A stretch of 64,000 nt of DNA from an uncultured Fibrobacterota bacterium (GTDB taxonomy: Bacteria; Fibrobacterota; OXYB2-FULL-49-7; CAYNYI01), in assembly GCA_964401455.1 (NCBI GenBank), contig CAYNYI010000002.1, forward strand, positions 783-64,782. The letters run 5' to 3'. Of the stretch, positions 37,956 through 47,074 are shown piece by piece (position 1 is the stretch's first letter; every line of letters begins with the position of its first letter). The translations under genes and the position numbers were made by a program. The notes below the pieces were generated by a model. That model did no database searches and was not told the origin of the DNA. It saw only the letters and a program-made list of their open reading frames with translations.

Positions 37956-39347
37956 CTATAAAGGCCTTTTTCGGGAGATAACCGGCTGTTTCATAAAAGT
38001 TATATATTCTAGCTTTCGCATTTTTAAAGCAAAAAGAAGAAATGAAATAATAAGCGTTATAAATGCGGAGAAAAAATAGCCGTATCCGTAATAGCGGGGT
38101 CCGGCTTTAATGGAAACCATAGTAAATAAAGCATTTGATATCAGAAATAATGCCGAGGTACCGAGGCACAGCTTTCTAAAATCAAAGTATAGAATTATTA
38201 TTGAAAGAATAAGGAGGAGCGAATGGATAAATGCCGTGAGTGCTCCTATACGCAGAACCGGAAGCTGGTCCCAGTTCATTTTAAGTATTTTTATTATCAG
38301 CGGTGAAAAGATAATAAACGCAGCTGTTACAGCTCCCTGCACCTTGAACAGTCTTTGAATGCTGAGGAATATACTTTCGGTCATAAGGTTTTTTTTCTCA
38401 TTAATAATCCTGAGGGGAAGTCTGTTCTGTATAGCTCCGTAAAAATCTCTGTAATGATTGTAAAAAGAAGTTTCCACTCTTATAATAAAAAGAGAAAGTG
38501 CGGGAATAATTGAGAGATAGGCCAGATACATAGGAGCGTCATATATCTTGGAATAAAAAAACGGGCCCTGCAGATTTGTACCTGTGCTTTCTGAAAACCA
38601 GAATATGAGCTTATCTATCCAGATCGCAAGATTATAGAAAAGTCCTATGAAAATAAGTCTAGGATATTCAGTGAAATAATGGAAAAACTCTCTGTTCAGG
38701 TTCTTCCGTAGTTTGAATTCGGAAAAAACCGCCTTTGACAGTAAAACAAGAATAAGTATCTGGCCGGATGCAAAACCTCCTATTAGCCCTGTTATACCGT
38801 AATGAATTCCGAAAAATAATCCCGCAAAGGCCGAAAAGAAGGAGCCGGATGCGAAAGCCCTCAAAATGGACCGATAATTTCTGAGCGCGCTTAAGAAAAT
38901 CATTGCCATCCATATATTACACACCGCCGTATAGAGTATTGTTCCGGCAACTTTTGAAGAGAGATCAAGTCCGGTAAAGCTGTAAAAAATCCATGCCGTT
39001 ATGCTTTGAGATATGGTTACCGCCGCCGAACCGTAAATATATGTCGGCAGAACCGCATCATAGTCTCTGCTGAAAAAGCGGTCAGAAAGGTATCTTGTTA
39101 TAACCATTTGAAGCGTCCCGGTAATTATGAGGGAAAAGGCAAAAGTATATACCAGTACGGTTCTGAAAAGAAAGCTGGTTTCGGACTGAAATCTTGTATA
39201 AGAGAAAAATCCGAGTATTCCGACGGAAATTACGGTAAAAAGCCAGGGACCGGAAGAAACCGCGGCGGCGTACAAGTACGCTTTTAACGACCCGGAATAT
39301 GTTCCGTCTCTGAGAATTTTCTGCAGTCTGAATCCTATTCCCGCCAA
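37956..39347 (-). CDS. pelG: PelG-like polytopic membrane protein.
   Basis: 463 aa with about 12 TM helices, in the terminal position after the GT4 gene of the pel cluster. Confidence 0.65.
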   Translation of the reverse strand: MAGIGFRLQKILRDGTYSGSLKAYLYAAAVSSGPWLFTVISVGILGFFSYTRFQSETSFLFRTVLVYTFAFSLIITGTLQMVITRYLSDRFFSRDYDAVLPTYIYGSAAVTISQSITAWIFYSFTGLDLSSKVAGTILYTAVCNIWMAMIFLSALRNYRSILRAFASGSFFSAFAGLFFGIHYGITGLIGGFASGQILILVLLSKAVFSEFKLRKNLNREFFHYFTEYPRLIFIGLFYNLAIWIDKLIFWFSESTGTNLQGPFFYSKIYDAPMYLAYLSIIPALSLFIIRVETSFYNHYRDFYGAIQNRLPLRIINEKKNLMTESIFLSIQRLFKVQGAVTAAFIIFSPLIIKILKMNWDQLPVLRIGALTAFIHSLLLILSIIILYFDFRKLCLGTSALFLISNALFTMVSIKAGPRYYGYGYFFSAFITLIISFLLFALKMRKLEYITFMKQPVISRKRPL

Positions 39348-40814
39348 CTAATTAATTCCTGAGATAAGGTTTTCATAGATTGAGTTATATCTGGCAAGAA
39401 GGTCCTGCTGATGATAGAACCGTTCAACTCTCTGCCTCCCGTTCCTGCCCATTTCTTTCCGCTTTTCATCATCGAGAAGAATATCAATAACCGCATCGGC
39501 GGTCTCTTCCGGGGTGGCGACATTTACTACCATCCCCCCGGGTCCTAAAGTGTCATTTTCCCCTTCAAGCATTTCGCGGCATGCCCCGACATCTGTCGCA
39601 ACTACCGGAACTCCGGCGGCATTAGCCTCAAGAATCACTATGGGCTGTGCTTCGCTTACCGAAGTCAATACGAGTATATCTATTTCCGGCATTATTTTAA
39701 TAAGGTCTACAGTGCCGGTAAAAACTATTGTGTCTTCCAAAGCAAGCATATGGATGAGTTCAAGACATTCATTGTAGTATTCAGGTTCTTCATCTGTCGG
39801 TCCCATGATCATAAGCTGGCATTCAATCTTGTCTCTGATTATTGAAACCGAGCGTATAAGTGTCTTTATGTCTTTTATTGCCACAACCCGGCCGGCGAAA
39901 CCGATTACTGGTACGGTTTCCGTGTTTTCTTTTTTCTTTTTATTCGAATGAATGAATTTCTCAAAGAAAATTCCATTAGGTATGATCTCACATTTCTCAG
40001 GAGGAGCTCCGTCTGAAATCTGGGCGGCCATGTTTGAGGAACAAAGAGTAATAATTCTATTGCTCCTTTCATAAGCGAGCCTGCTCATTGCATAAAATGT
40101 TTTTTTCCACATTTCTTTGAAAAAATCGATGTTTTTAAATACCCTTTTTTCATTTCCTCCTGTTATCCATGATGCTTCTTCTATCTCCATATGACGTTCT
40201 CTTGTGTATATACCATGCTCTGTTATAATAAAAGGCCGGTTGTATCTGATAGAAGCCGCGGTTCCGGCCGCTCCGGCATAACCGGTTGAAACAGAATGAT
40301 AAAGCCTTGCTTTCGGAAATTTCATGTAAAACATCCTGAAAAAAGGCATCATAGTAAAACGCCATGTCCAGAAATAATCCAGAAACGATTCTTCGGAAGC
40401 TTCTTTGTTGTAATGTTTCAGCAGTATCTTCCAGGTTTTTTCCGAGAAAAAGATTTCTTCAAATGATGGTGATTTTTCCGAAAAAAAAAGTTCATTAAAA
40501 AGCGGCTCAAAGCGGCCTTCTCCGCTGTATATTGAATTAATGAGGACCTCAAAAGAAGACGGCCAGTTTCCGGACGATTTTTTAAAATCCGGTATGGAAT
40601 CATAGTGATAGTCATGAAGAAAAACTTCATGAAACTGTTTTACATTGGCGGGCATCTTGTATTTAAACCCCCTTATTTCATCCCGTGAAGCTGATATATG
40701 AACTATTCCGAAAGTTGTGTCGGGCAGGTTTTGAATAAGCTGATTAACCCAGGAGGATACTCCGCCCGTAACATACGGATATGTGCCCTCAAGCATAAGG
40801 CATACGTCTACCAT
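39348..40814 (-). CDS. pelF: PelF-like GT4 glycosyltransferase.
   Basis: 488 aa. GT4 EX7E region EAQPIVILEANAAGVPVVATDVGACREM. Sits in the pel context. Confidence 0.8.
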   Translation of the reverse strand: MVDVCLMLEGTYPYVTGGVSSWVNQLIQNLPDTTFGIVHISASRDEIRGFKYKMPANVKQFHEVFLHDYHYDSIPDFKKSSGNWPSSFEVLINSIYSGEGRFEPLFNELFFSEKSPSFEEIFFSEKTWKILLKHYNKEASEESFLDYFWTWRFTMMPFFRMFYMKFPKARLYHSVSTGYAGAAGTAASIRYNRPFIITEHGIYTRERHMEIEEASWITGGNEKRVFKNIDFFKEMWKKTFYAMSRLAYERSNRIITLCSSNMAAQISDGAPPEKCEIIPNGIFFEKFIHSNKKKKENTETVPVIGFAGRVVAIKDIKTLIRSVSIIRDKIECQLMIMGPTDEEPEYYNECLELIHMLALEDTIVFTGTVDLIKIMPEIDILVLTSVSEAQPIVILEANAAGVPVVATDVGACREMLEGENDTLGPGGMVVNVATPEETADAVIDILLDDEKRKEMGRNGRQRVERFYHQQDLLARYNSIYENLISGIN

Positions 40815-42796
40815 TATTTCGCTCCCACCTTTACAAGGAGTGCTTTTCGGCAGTTTTCGGCGATTTCAGTATTAGCCTCATTAAGGAAAATACCCAGTAT
40901 CTCTGAAAAACCTCCGGAGAAGTAAGAAAGACGTTCTGAGATAAGTTCTTTAGACTTTCTATCTGAACTGTTATAAACTCTCCTCAGGTTTTCCGGAATG
41001 ACATTTCTTAGAGCTGCCTCAGGAATTCCGCATATAATTTCCGCTAAAGCTCCCGAATAGTTTGTATCATTGCCCGGAATTCTCGGAGAAGAAAGCAGAT
41101 TGTTCAGTAAGTCGTAATCAGATGAAATTATCAGCGTGTCTGCTATTATTTTGGAAAAATCAGAACTATAGTTTTTATAAATCATCTCAAAAAAGTGATT
41201 TGTCGCTTCCCTTGTTCTGTCTGTTTTAATAAATACCTTTATTAATTCCTTTACAAGTTCAGTTTGATTTTTGAGTGTTTTGAGGACATCTGTCCAGTTA
41301 CTCCGGCATGACTGCGAAACTGCTGTATGCAGAAGAGATTTTATCTCAGGACGTTTTTCATTGAAAGCAAGACGAAGGATTCTGGCCGGACAGAGAGAAG
41401 CTGTATCAATTGAGACTGTGTGCGCCGCGAGATGCCTGACTCCCGGGTTTTCAGACTCCAAGAGAGAATTGAGGCATTCAGTTATGTTTTTTGAAACGCC
41501 GTATTTTTTTATATAAGCCGGCAGAAAATACAGTGCTGTCTGTTTCTTCAGTGTGGATTGGTCATCATCTGATCGGAGCAGTTTTTCTATGAAGGGGCCA
41601 CTGTTTGTATTCGTATTTGTGCAGATAAGTATAGAACAGGCCGGAGTAAATTCCGGTTCCTGTTCCATTAGTTTTGACGCGAATTCCGCAACTTTGTCTG
41701 ATGTTATATTTTTAAGAGCTGTAAGAGCAGCCTCACGTATGCCGTATGTTTTCCCGTTGCGGGCAAGTTCAAATAGTATCTTTTGGTCTGCCGGTTTTGC
41801 CGATTCGCCCAAGAACCGTATTGCCGTAGCGACCGCGTCATTTTTACCTTTTTTAACGATTCTGAGTGCCGCTTTTCTTTTGTAATTGTCTTCTATGAAT
41901 TCAAGCGAGCTCTCTGCCGGAAGGCTTATAGCCGGGAAGAACGTGTAGCAGGCTTCTTTCATTAAAAAATATGCGGCGGCGGATCTGTTGTCCGCTCTAA
42001 GAGCATTCAGTATCTGTGCTTTTACCTCTATGGATTTTTCTTTTTTGTAGGCTTTTATAAGTTTCCGGCCGATTCTTGATGAAAATCGTCTCGCGAGGGC
42101 CCAGACCGAAGCTCGTCTTATATCGGTGTAGCTGCTTTTGAGCATTTTGTAAAAGAAAGAGAGAGGAACTTTGAAGTCATCCCCGAGAACTCCCAAAGAT
42201 ATAACAAGACTAAAAAGAACTTCTTTGTCGAGTCCGGATTCTTCAGAATAATCAAGAATAAAATTTACAGTTCTTATGTCTCTGTATATTCTGAAAATTT
42301 TTAATATTTCGGTTCGCACTGAGGGTTGATCGGTTCTTTTAAAAAGATCCATAAGCGGAAAGATAAGGCTTGGCTCCTTTTTGCTTTTAAGCTGTTTTAA
42401 AACTTTCGGCAAGACTGTATCGTCTGAAAGTGCTTCTGTAATAATTTGTTTTACGGCTTCAACAAGATTTTTCCATGAAAGCTTTGTCAAAGATCTGCTT
42501 ATTTCATGCCGTATGTTCTGATCCCCTCGGGAATAAAAATACACATAAATAAATTTACGTTGACTTTCGGGAAAAGATGAGCTGGATCTTATTAGAAAAA
42601 GGCATGCAGCGATAGCTCGTTTTTTTAGAAAATAGTCCAATACAGGAGCCAGAATCTCAGGTGAAGGTTCACGTTTTATTATATTCAGCGCTTCCTGCCG
42701 GGTCTCCCAATGAGGGCTTTTAATGAGATCTATTAATTTTTGAGAAGAATTCTTATTCATACCCAAGCCTCTTTCTGGCGGCTGAAAATCTCCCAT
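40814..42796 (-). CDS. HEAT/PBS-lyase-repeat protein inserted between pelE and pelF.
   Basis: 660 aa, all-helical, with repeated HEAT-like units (HWETRQEALNII, DIRRASVWALARR, PGVRHLAAHTVS). Not a canonical pel gene. Confidence 0.6.
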   Translation of the reverse strand: MGDFQPPERGLGMNKNSSQKLIDLIKSPHWETRQEALNIIKREPSPEILAPVLDYFLKKRAIAACLFLIRSSSSFPESQRKFIYVYFYSRGDQNIRHEISRSLTKLSWKNLVEAVKQIITEALSDDTVLPKVLKQLKSKKEPSLIFPLMDLFKRTDQPSVRTEILKIFRIYRDIRTVNFILDYSEESGLDKEVLFSLVISLGVLGDDFKVPLSFFYKMLKSSYTDIRRASVWALARRFSSRIGRKLIKAYKKEKSIEVKAQILNALRADNRSAAAYFLMKEACYTFFPAISLPAESSLEFIEDNYKRKAALRIVKKGKNDAVATAIRFLGESAKPADQKILFELARNGKTYGIREAALTALKNITSDKVAEFASKLMEQEPEFTPACSILICTNTNTNSGPFIEKLLRSDDDQSTLKKQTALYFLPAYIKKYGVSKNITECLNSLLESENPGVRHLAAHTVSIDTASLCPARILRLAFNEKRPEIKSLLHTAVSQSCRSNWTDVLKTLKNQTELVKELIKVFIKTDRTREATNHFFEMIYKNYSSDFSKIIADTLIISSDYDLLNNLLSSPRIPGNDTNYSGALAEIICGIPEAALRNVIPENLRRVYNSSDRKSKELISERLSYFSGGFSEILGIFLNEANTEIAENCRKALLVKVGAK

Positions 42797-43761
42797 CTAA
42801 TAATAGTCTTCCGGCTTGTATCCTTTATTATTTTAGACTCATCTGTCTGTTTAAAGAAATCCGTGAGCTGTCGATATCTGCGCATTCTGAAAAGCGCTTC
42901 AGCTTCGAAGAGATAGCCGTTGAAATCTTCCGGAACTTTTAGGCGGTATTCACGGAAATAATTCAGAGCTTCTTCCGGATTATCTAACTCAAGGAATATT
43001 TTTCCAATTAAAAGCTGAACTTCATCGCGGGAAGATCCGAACTCTACAGCTTTTTTATAATGATCAAGGGCTTTATTCAAAGCGTTTCGCAGGGAGGCAC
43101 CGGTTGGAATTCTCAGGTATGAATAATCATAATAGAGGTCCGCCGCCTGTTTATGTAGTCTGGGGTCATCCGGTTTTTGTTCGAGTTCGGACTCAATATT
43201 TTTTAAATCTTCTATCATTGGGGTTTCTATTTTTTTTATAGCGGAGACAGCGGCATATTTTACCTCAAAAGAGATGTCCTTGACTGCTTTTTTAATTATT
43301 CCCACTGAAGCCCGGTCTTTTATTCCTGTCAGATAACTTATTGCTTTAAGCTTTTCCCTGATTCTGCCCGAAGAGGAAATCATGTCGTTAAACGGCTCAA
43401 TATTTAATTTCTCCCGCATTATCTTTTTTTGTTCATCTTCTGCGGGTATATAGAATTGATTTTTTATAGTATATGATATATGCTCATCGAATTCTTCGGC
43501 GGCGTTTTCGCGGATATTGAACTTTGATGACAAAATATAAGTGGAAAATATCAGCCAGCCTCCCAAAGGGAAAAAAAGAATAATTGCTGTAAAACTTCCT
43601 GATCCGTATTTATGGTTCAGGTGTATATAGATAATGGAAAACAAAGAGCATAGAATATGAGCAAAAACAGCTGTTTTTATATCGGACTGGATTATAAAAT
43701 ACAAAGCCGATAAAAAAAATAGTGCGGAGAATATAAAGGCCCATGATTTTTTGATATTCAT
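42757..43761 (-). CDS. pelE: PelE-like membrane-anchored TPR protein.
   Basis: 334 aa. N-terminal TM helices followed by TPR-like repeats, positioned after pelD. This matches PelE size and topology. Confidence 0.55.
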   Translation of the reverse strand: MNIKKSWAFIFSALFFLSALYFIIQSDIKTAVFAHILCSLFSIIYIHLNHKYGSGSFTAIILFFPLGGWLIFSTYILSSKFNIRENAAEEFDEHISYTIKNQFYIPAEDEQKKIMREKLNIEPFNDMISSSGRIREKLKAISYLTGIKDRASVGIIKKAVKDISFEVKYAAVSAIKKIETPMIEDLKNIESELEQKPDDPRLHKQAADLYYDYSYLRIPTGASLRNALNKALDHYKKAVEFGSSRDEVQLLIGKIFLELDNPEEALNYFREYRLKVPEDFNGYLFEAEALFRMRRYRQLTDFFKQTDESKIIKDTSRKTIIRWEIFSRQKEAWV

Positions 43762-45140
43762 ATTCCGGCCCTTTTAAACAGAGACTCTACGTCTTTGTCT
43801 TTTTTTTCCGGGGAGGCGGTCTCAAAATTCATCAGCGGAACTAAATTCTCCTTATCCCTGAAAAAGTTGTGTAAGATAGATTTCAGCTTATTCAGGAACG
43901 CCTCCGCGCCCCCTGAATCTGTGCCGGGCAGAAAAACAACGTAAGAATTATTTTTCTGACCCAGCGAAAGAAGATCGCTGGATCTCAGGGATTTTTCAAT
44001 AAGTTTTTGAAATAACAGAGAGAACTCTTCCTTTTTGAATTCTTCGGGTAACTTATAAGTAATACCGATAAGAGAGAACTTTCTGCCATATCTTTTAAAG
44101 CTCTCCAGCTCGAACCCAAGCATTTTTTCCATATAGGCGAATTTAAAACACCCTGTGTCAGGGTCGAATATTTCTCTTCTTTTACGGTTTTCAATATCGG
44201 CTATTCGTTTAAATGAAGAGGCAAGCCATTCCGAAATAGTCTTGATAAAGTCCATGGTTTCTCTATTATACGAAAGGAACTCCATATCATTTATAAATAT
44301 TATACCGTAAAAACCTTCCGAGGGCATTGGTATGGGAAGGGCGCAGATTATTTCATCGTCTGTTGTTGACGGCGTATAATCTTTGTTGTTTATTTCTATA
44401 TTTTTCCATACAGGAGTATTTGTTTCGAAAGCTTTTTGAACAAGATAGGGATAAGGCGGGTACAGCTTTTCCTTCGGAAGGGATTCTCCGCCGGTGACTG
44501 TCTCGGGAAGGAGCTCTTTTTTATCCTTCAGCCTGTAAAAAACACACTTTTTTATTCCCAGTTCCTGTTTAAAGAAGACAAACATTGAAAAAAGCAATTC
44601 TCCGGGGGCGTTTTTATTCATGACCTTTGAAAGCCTGTACGCACGGCGCGCGGTATTTTTATTCGTAGAAACTTTCTTCTCGTATTCGTTATGAAGGTCT
44701 TCCTGAAGTTTTATGGTTTTCTCAAGAGACTCTATTCTGTGCTTCTGGTTTATATTAGATTTTTTGATATGATTAATAACTTGATCGCGCCTGTCTATTG
44801 ACTGGCTTACACCATAAGCGCCAGCAATGAAGGCGATAGGCAGTATTATGATTTCAAACTCAAAAACATGTTCCAGGTCAAGGCAAAAAGGCGAGTGATA
44901 GAAAAGTACAAGGTACATTGTGCCAAAAAGAAACGCAACTGCCGTGGATTTTTTAATACCATATTTAACACTGAAAAACAAGACGGGAAGCCAGTAAGGG
45001 TGGGGTATTACACGTATGAAGCCTATATTGCCTCGTAAAAACAGCAAATTAACCGCAATCATTCCCGCAGCGGCGGCAACTACTTCAAAAATAATTTTCG
45101 ATGTCTTCAATTCTCTTTCCTCGCTTTTCAGCTGTTTCAA
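43758..45140 (-). CDS. pelD: PelD-like c-di-GMP receptor (TM helices, GAF, degenerate GGDEF).
   Basis: 460 aa with four N-terminal TM helices. DPDTG and a retained I-site-like RSSD (about codons 43974-43985) are present, and the GGDEF signature is degenerate. The start may be at the internal Met because of a 56-nt overlap with the upstream ORF. Confidence 0.65.
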   Translation of the reverse strand: MKQLKSEERELKTSKIIFEVVAAAAGMIAVNLLFLRGNIGFIRVIPHPYWLPVLFFSVKYGIKKSTAVAFLFGTMYLVLFYHSPFCLDLEHVFEFEIIILPIAFIAGAYGVSQSIDRRDQVINHIKKSNINQKHRIESLEKTIKLQEDLHNEYEKKVSTNKNTARRAYRLSKVMNKNAPGELLFSMFVFFKQELGIKKCVFYRLKDKKELLPETVTGGESLPKEKLYPPYPYLVQKAFETNTPVWKNIEINNKDYTPSTTDDEIICALPIPMPSEGFYGIIFINDMEFLSYNRETMDFIKTISEWLASSFKRIADIENRKRREIFDPDTGCFKFAYMEKMLGFELESFKRYGRKFSLIGITYKLPEEFKKEEFSLLFQKLIEKSLRSSDLLSLGQKNNSYVVFLPGTDSGGAEAFLNKLKSILHNFFRDKENLVPLMNFETASPEKKDKDVESLFKRAGI

Positions 45141-45507
45141 CTATGGTTCTCAGCAAGTCTTCTCTCAAAAAGGGTTTTCTGAGAAACTTCATTCCGAGCC
45201 CAAGTATTTTTCTTGAAATTTCAGGGTAAAGAAGTACCGGTGAGGCGATTATCTTTTCTGTGTTACCGGAAACTTTCAGGTCGGGTTCACTTCTGCATAT
45301 ATCCAGAGCTGTGGTATCTCCCGTAAAATAGTCCAGTATCAGAATATCGGGTTTAAAATTTTTAATGAAATCTCTTGTCTTTTCATTATTTCTCTCAGTT
45401 GAAGTATATGTCTCAACCCAAAAGGAGGTGTCCCTCAGGAAAAATCTGACAGGATAGCAAAGAGAACCGTCGGAGTCAACGGCTGCAACTTTTTTTCCGG
45501 AGATCAT
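45085..45507 (-). CDS. CheY-like single-domain receiver embedded between pelC and pelD.
   Basis: 140 aa. Acidic pocket VDSDGS, putative phosphoacceptor in PDILILDYF and a KPF motif (FLRKPF). Confidence 0.5.
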   Translation of the reverse strand: MISGKKVAAVDSDGSLCYPVRFFLRDTSFWVETYTSTERNNEKTRDFIKNFKPDILILDYFTGDTTALDICRSEPDLKVSGNTEKIIASPVLLYPEISRKILGLGMKFLRKPFLREDLLRTIVETAEKRGKRIEDIENYF

Positions 45508-46037
45508 TTTATGGCTTTCGTCATTTTTTCCGCGGCAATCTGTAGAAATCTGCTAAGTGATTGTTCTTTTAATGATCCGAGTCCGGGGGTAACAGAGATA
45601 CTGCTCTCCCACAGTACTTCCGATGTAGCTGTATTTGTGAGTCTCGAAGTAAGCCCTACGACCGGCTCCTCGCCAAGCCCCTTTTTGTATTTGTATTCTG
45701 TTACCGTTCCGGTCAGGTAAGATTCGGCACCTGATTTTTTTGCTTCGGAAAGGTAATCTATTTCATCAAAGATTCCAGCGTCAGAGATCTCATCTTTTTC
45801 TGATTTCTTATATTCTCTTAGCAGTATTGTGCCTTTGCTTCTTAATTCGGCTGTAAAAACGGAAGTCGCTATTTTCCCGGCATTTGGATCCGGAGTAAGA
45901 TTCTCAAAAGGAAAAACAAGCACCAGTCCGGCTGCGGCAGGATTAAAGCCTTTTTTTAAAAACTGCCTTTGATGAACACAGCCGCTGATGAAGGTGATTA
46001 ACAGGATCAGCGAAAAAATTTTGATTTTTTTCTTCAT
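45504..46037 (-). CDS. pelC: PelC-like lipoprotein.
   Basis: 177 aa. Lipobox ISGC after the signal peptide. Size and position match PelC. Confidence 0.6.
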   Translation of the reverse strand: MKKKIKIFSLILLITFISGCVHQRQFLKKGFNPAAAGLVLVFPFENLTPDPNAGKIATSVFTAELRSKGTILLREYKKSEKDEISDAGIFDEIDYLSEAKKSGAESYLTGTVTEYKYKKGLGEEPVVGLTSRLTNTATSEVLWESSISVTPGLGSLKEQSLSRFLQIAAEKMTKAIK

Positions 46038-46047
46038 TTTTTTCTCC

Positions 46048-47049
46048 TCATATATTTTTGGAAAGATTCAAAATCAGTTTCCGGTCCTCTTCAAAGAAAT
46101 CCCCGGATTCATAAGTAGAATAAACTCCCTTTACGAACAGAGCAAAATTTACAGAGAAACACAGATATGCTTTTAGCTCGGTATAGGAATTAATTCCTGC
46201 ATTATTATCTGAAAGCGAAAAATCCTTGTGATAGCCGGCCGTTAGACCTTTATTTAATCCGGCGGGAAGATTCATGATAATTGCGGCGGCCATTAAAGAA
46301 GAGGCGGATGCTTCGGTGCGGGTGTAAAAAGGTCCGCCTGTTACCATGACGCATCTTCTGATACTGTAAGGCAGGGTGGTGCTCGGCTGCCGGAAGGGAA
46401 GGGGAGAACTGTAAGATGTCCGTGAGCCAAGCAGGCAGTACTCAAATGATGCGCCGGCCCTTTCATTGTCTCTGTTCTTATGCCCCTTCTTATAATCATA
46501 AAAGGATCCTGAAAAAGACAAAGAAGCTTTTTCTGAAAGAAGCCTGCTGTAATAGAACCGGCCTTGACTGTAGCCCGCTTCTTCAAGGTATTCGGAAGCG
46601 GAGAGCGTTGAGATGGTTTCTTTTTTTAAATTAAATTCTAATGAGTTGCGGCCGGCGCCTCTGTAATATGAGATGCCGCTTAAAAGCCAGGAGCCTTTTT
46701 TGGGAGTGAAGAATATGGAAAAACTCCGCCCGGGGCTGTGGAGCCTAAGTTTTAACGGCATACTGTATAAAGTGTCACTGGTCTGATCAGGGCCTTCAAA
46801 TATATCACATCTGATCCCCAGAATGATATCAATATGATGTGCAGGACTGCTTTTATAAGCGGTCCTGAAGTATTTTTGTCCGTATATTCCGGTTTTTGAA
46901 AGACCTGTCCCCGTAGCGAATTCCGGGGAGGACATATATAGGTTATTCCAGAAATAATGGTCCGACGGCAAAATAACCGATGAGGGAATTGCTGAAAAGA
47001 GACCGGAAAAAATAATTATAAAAATCGGGTTTAGAGGCATATTGAGCAT
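46048..47049 (-). CDS. Predicted outer-membrane beta-barrel protein, interpreted as the PelB porin module encoded as a separate gene.
   Basis: 333 aa with its own signal peptide. It is rich in alternating aromatic and polar residues, beta-strand-like. It sits directly after the TPR gene. Confidence 0.45.
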   Translation of the reverse strand: MLNMPLNPIFIIIFSGLFSAIPSSVILPSDHYFWNNLYMSSPEFATGTGLSKTGIYGQKYFRTAYKSSPAHHIDIILGIRCDIFEGPDQTSDTLYSMPLKLRLHSPGRSFSIFFTPKKGSWLLSGISYYRGAGRNSLEFNLKKETISTLSASEYLEEAGYSQGRFYYSRLLSEKASLSFSGSFYDYKKGHKNRDNERAGASFEYCLLGSRTSYSSPLPFRQPSTTLPYSIRRCVMVTGGPFYTRTEASASSLMAAAIIMNLPAGLNKGLTAGYHKDFSLSDNNAGINSYTELKAYLCFSVNFALFVKGVYSTYESGDFFEEDRKLILNLSKNI

Positions 47050-47074
47050 ATTATACTTACTTGTATTTAATTTT

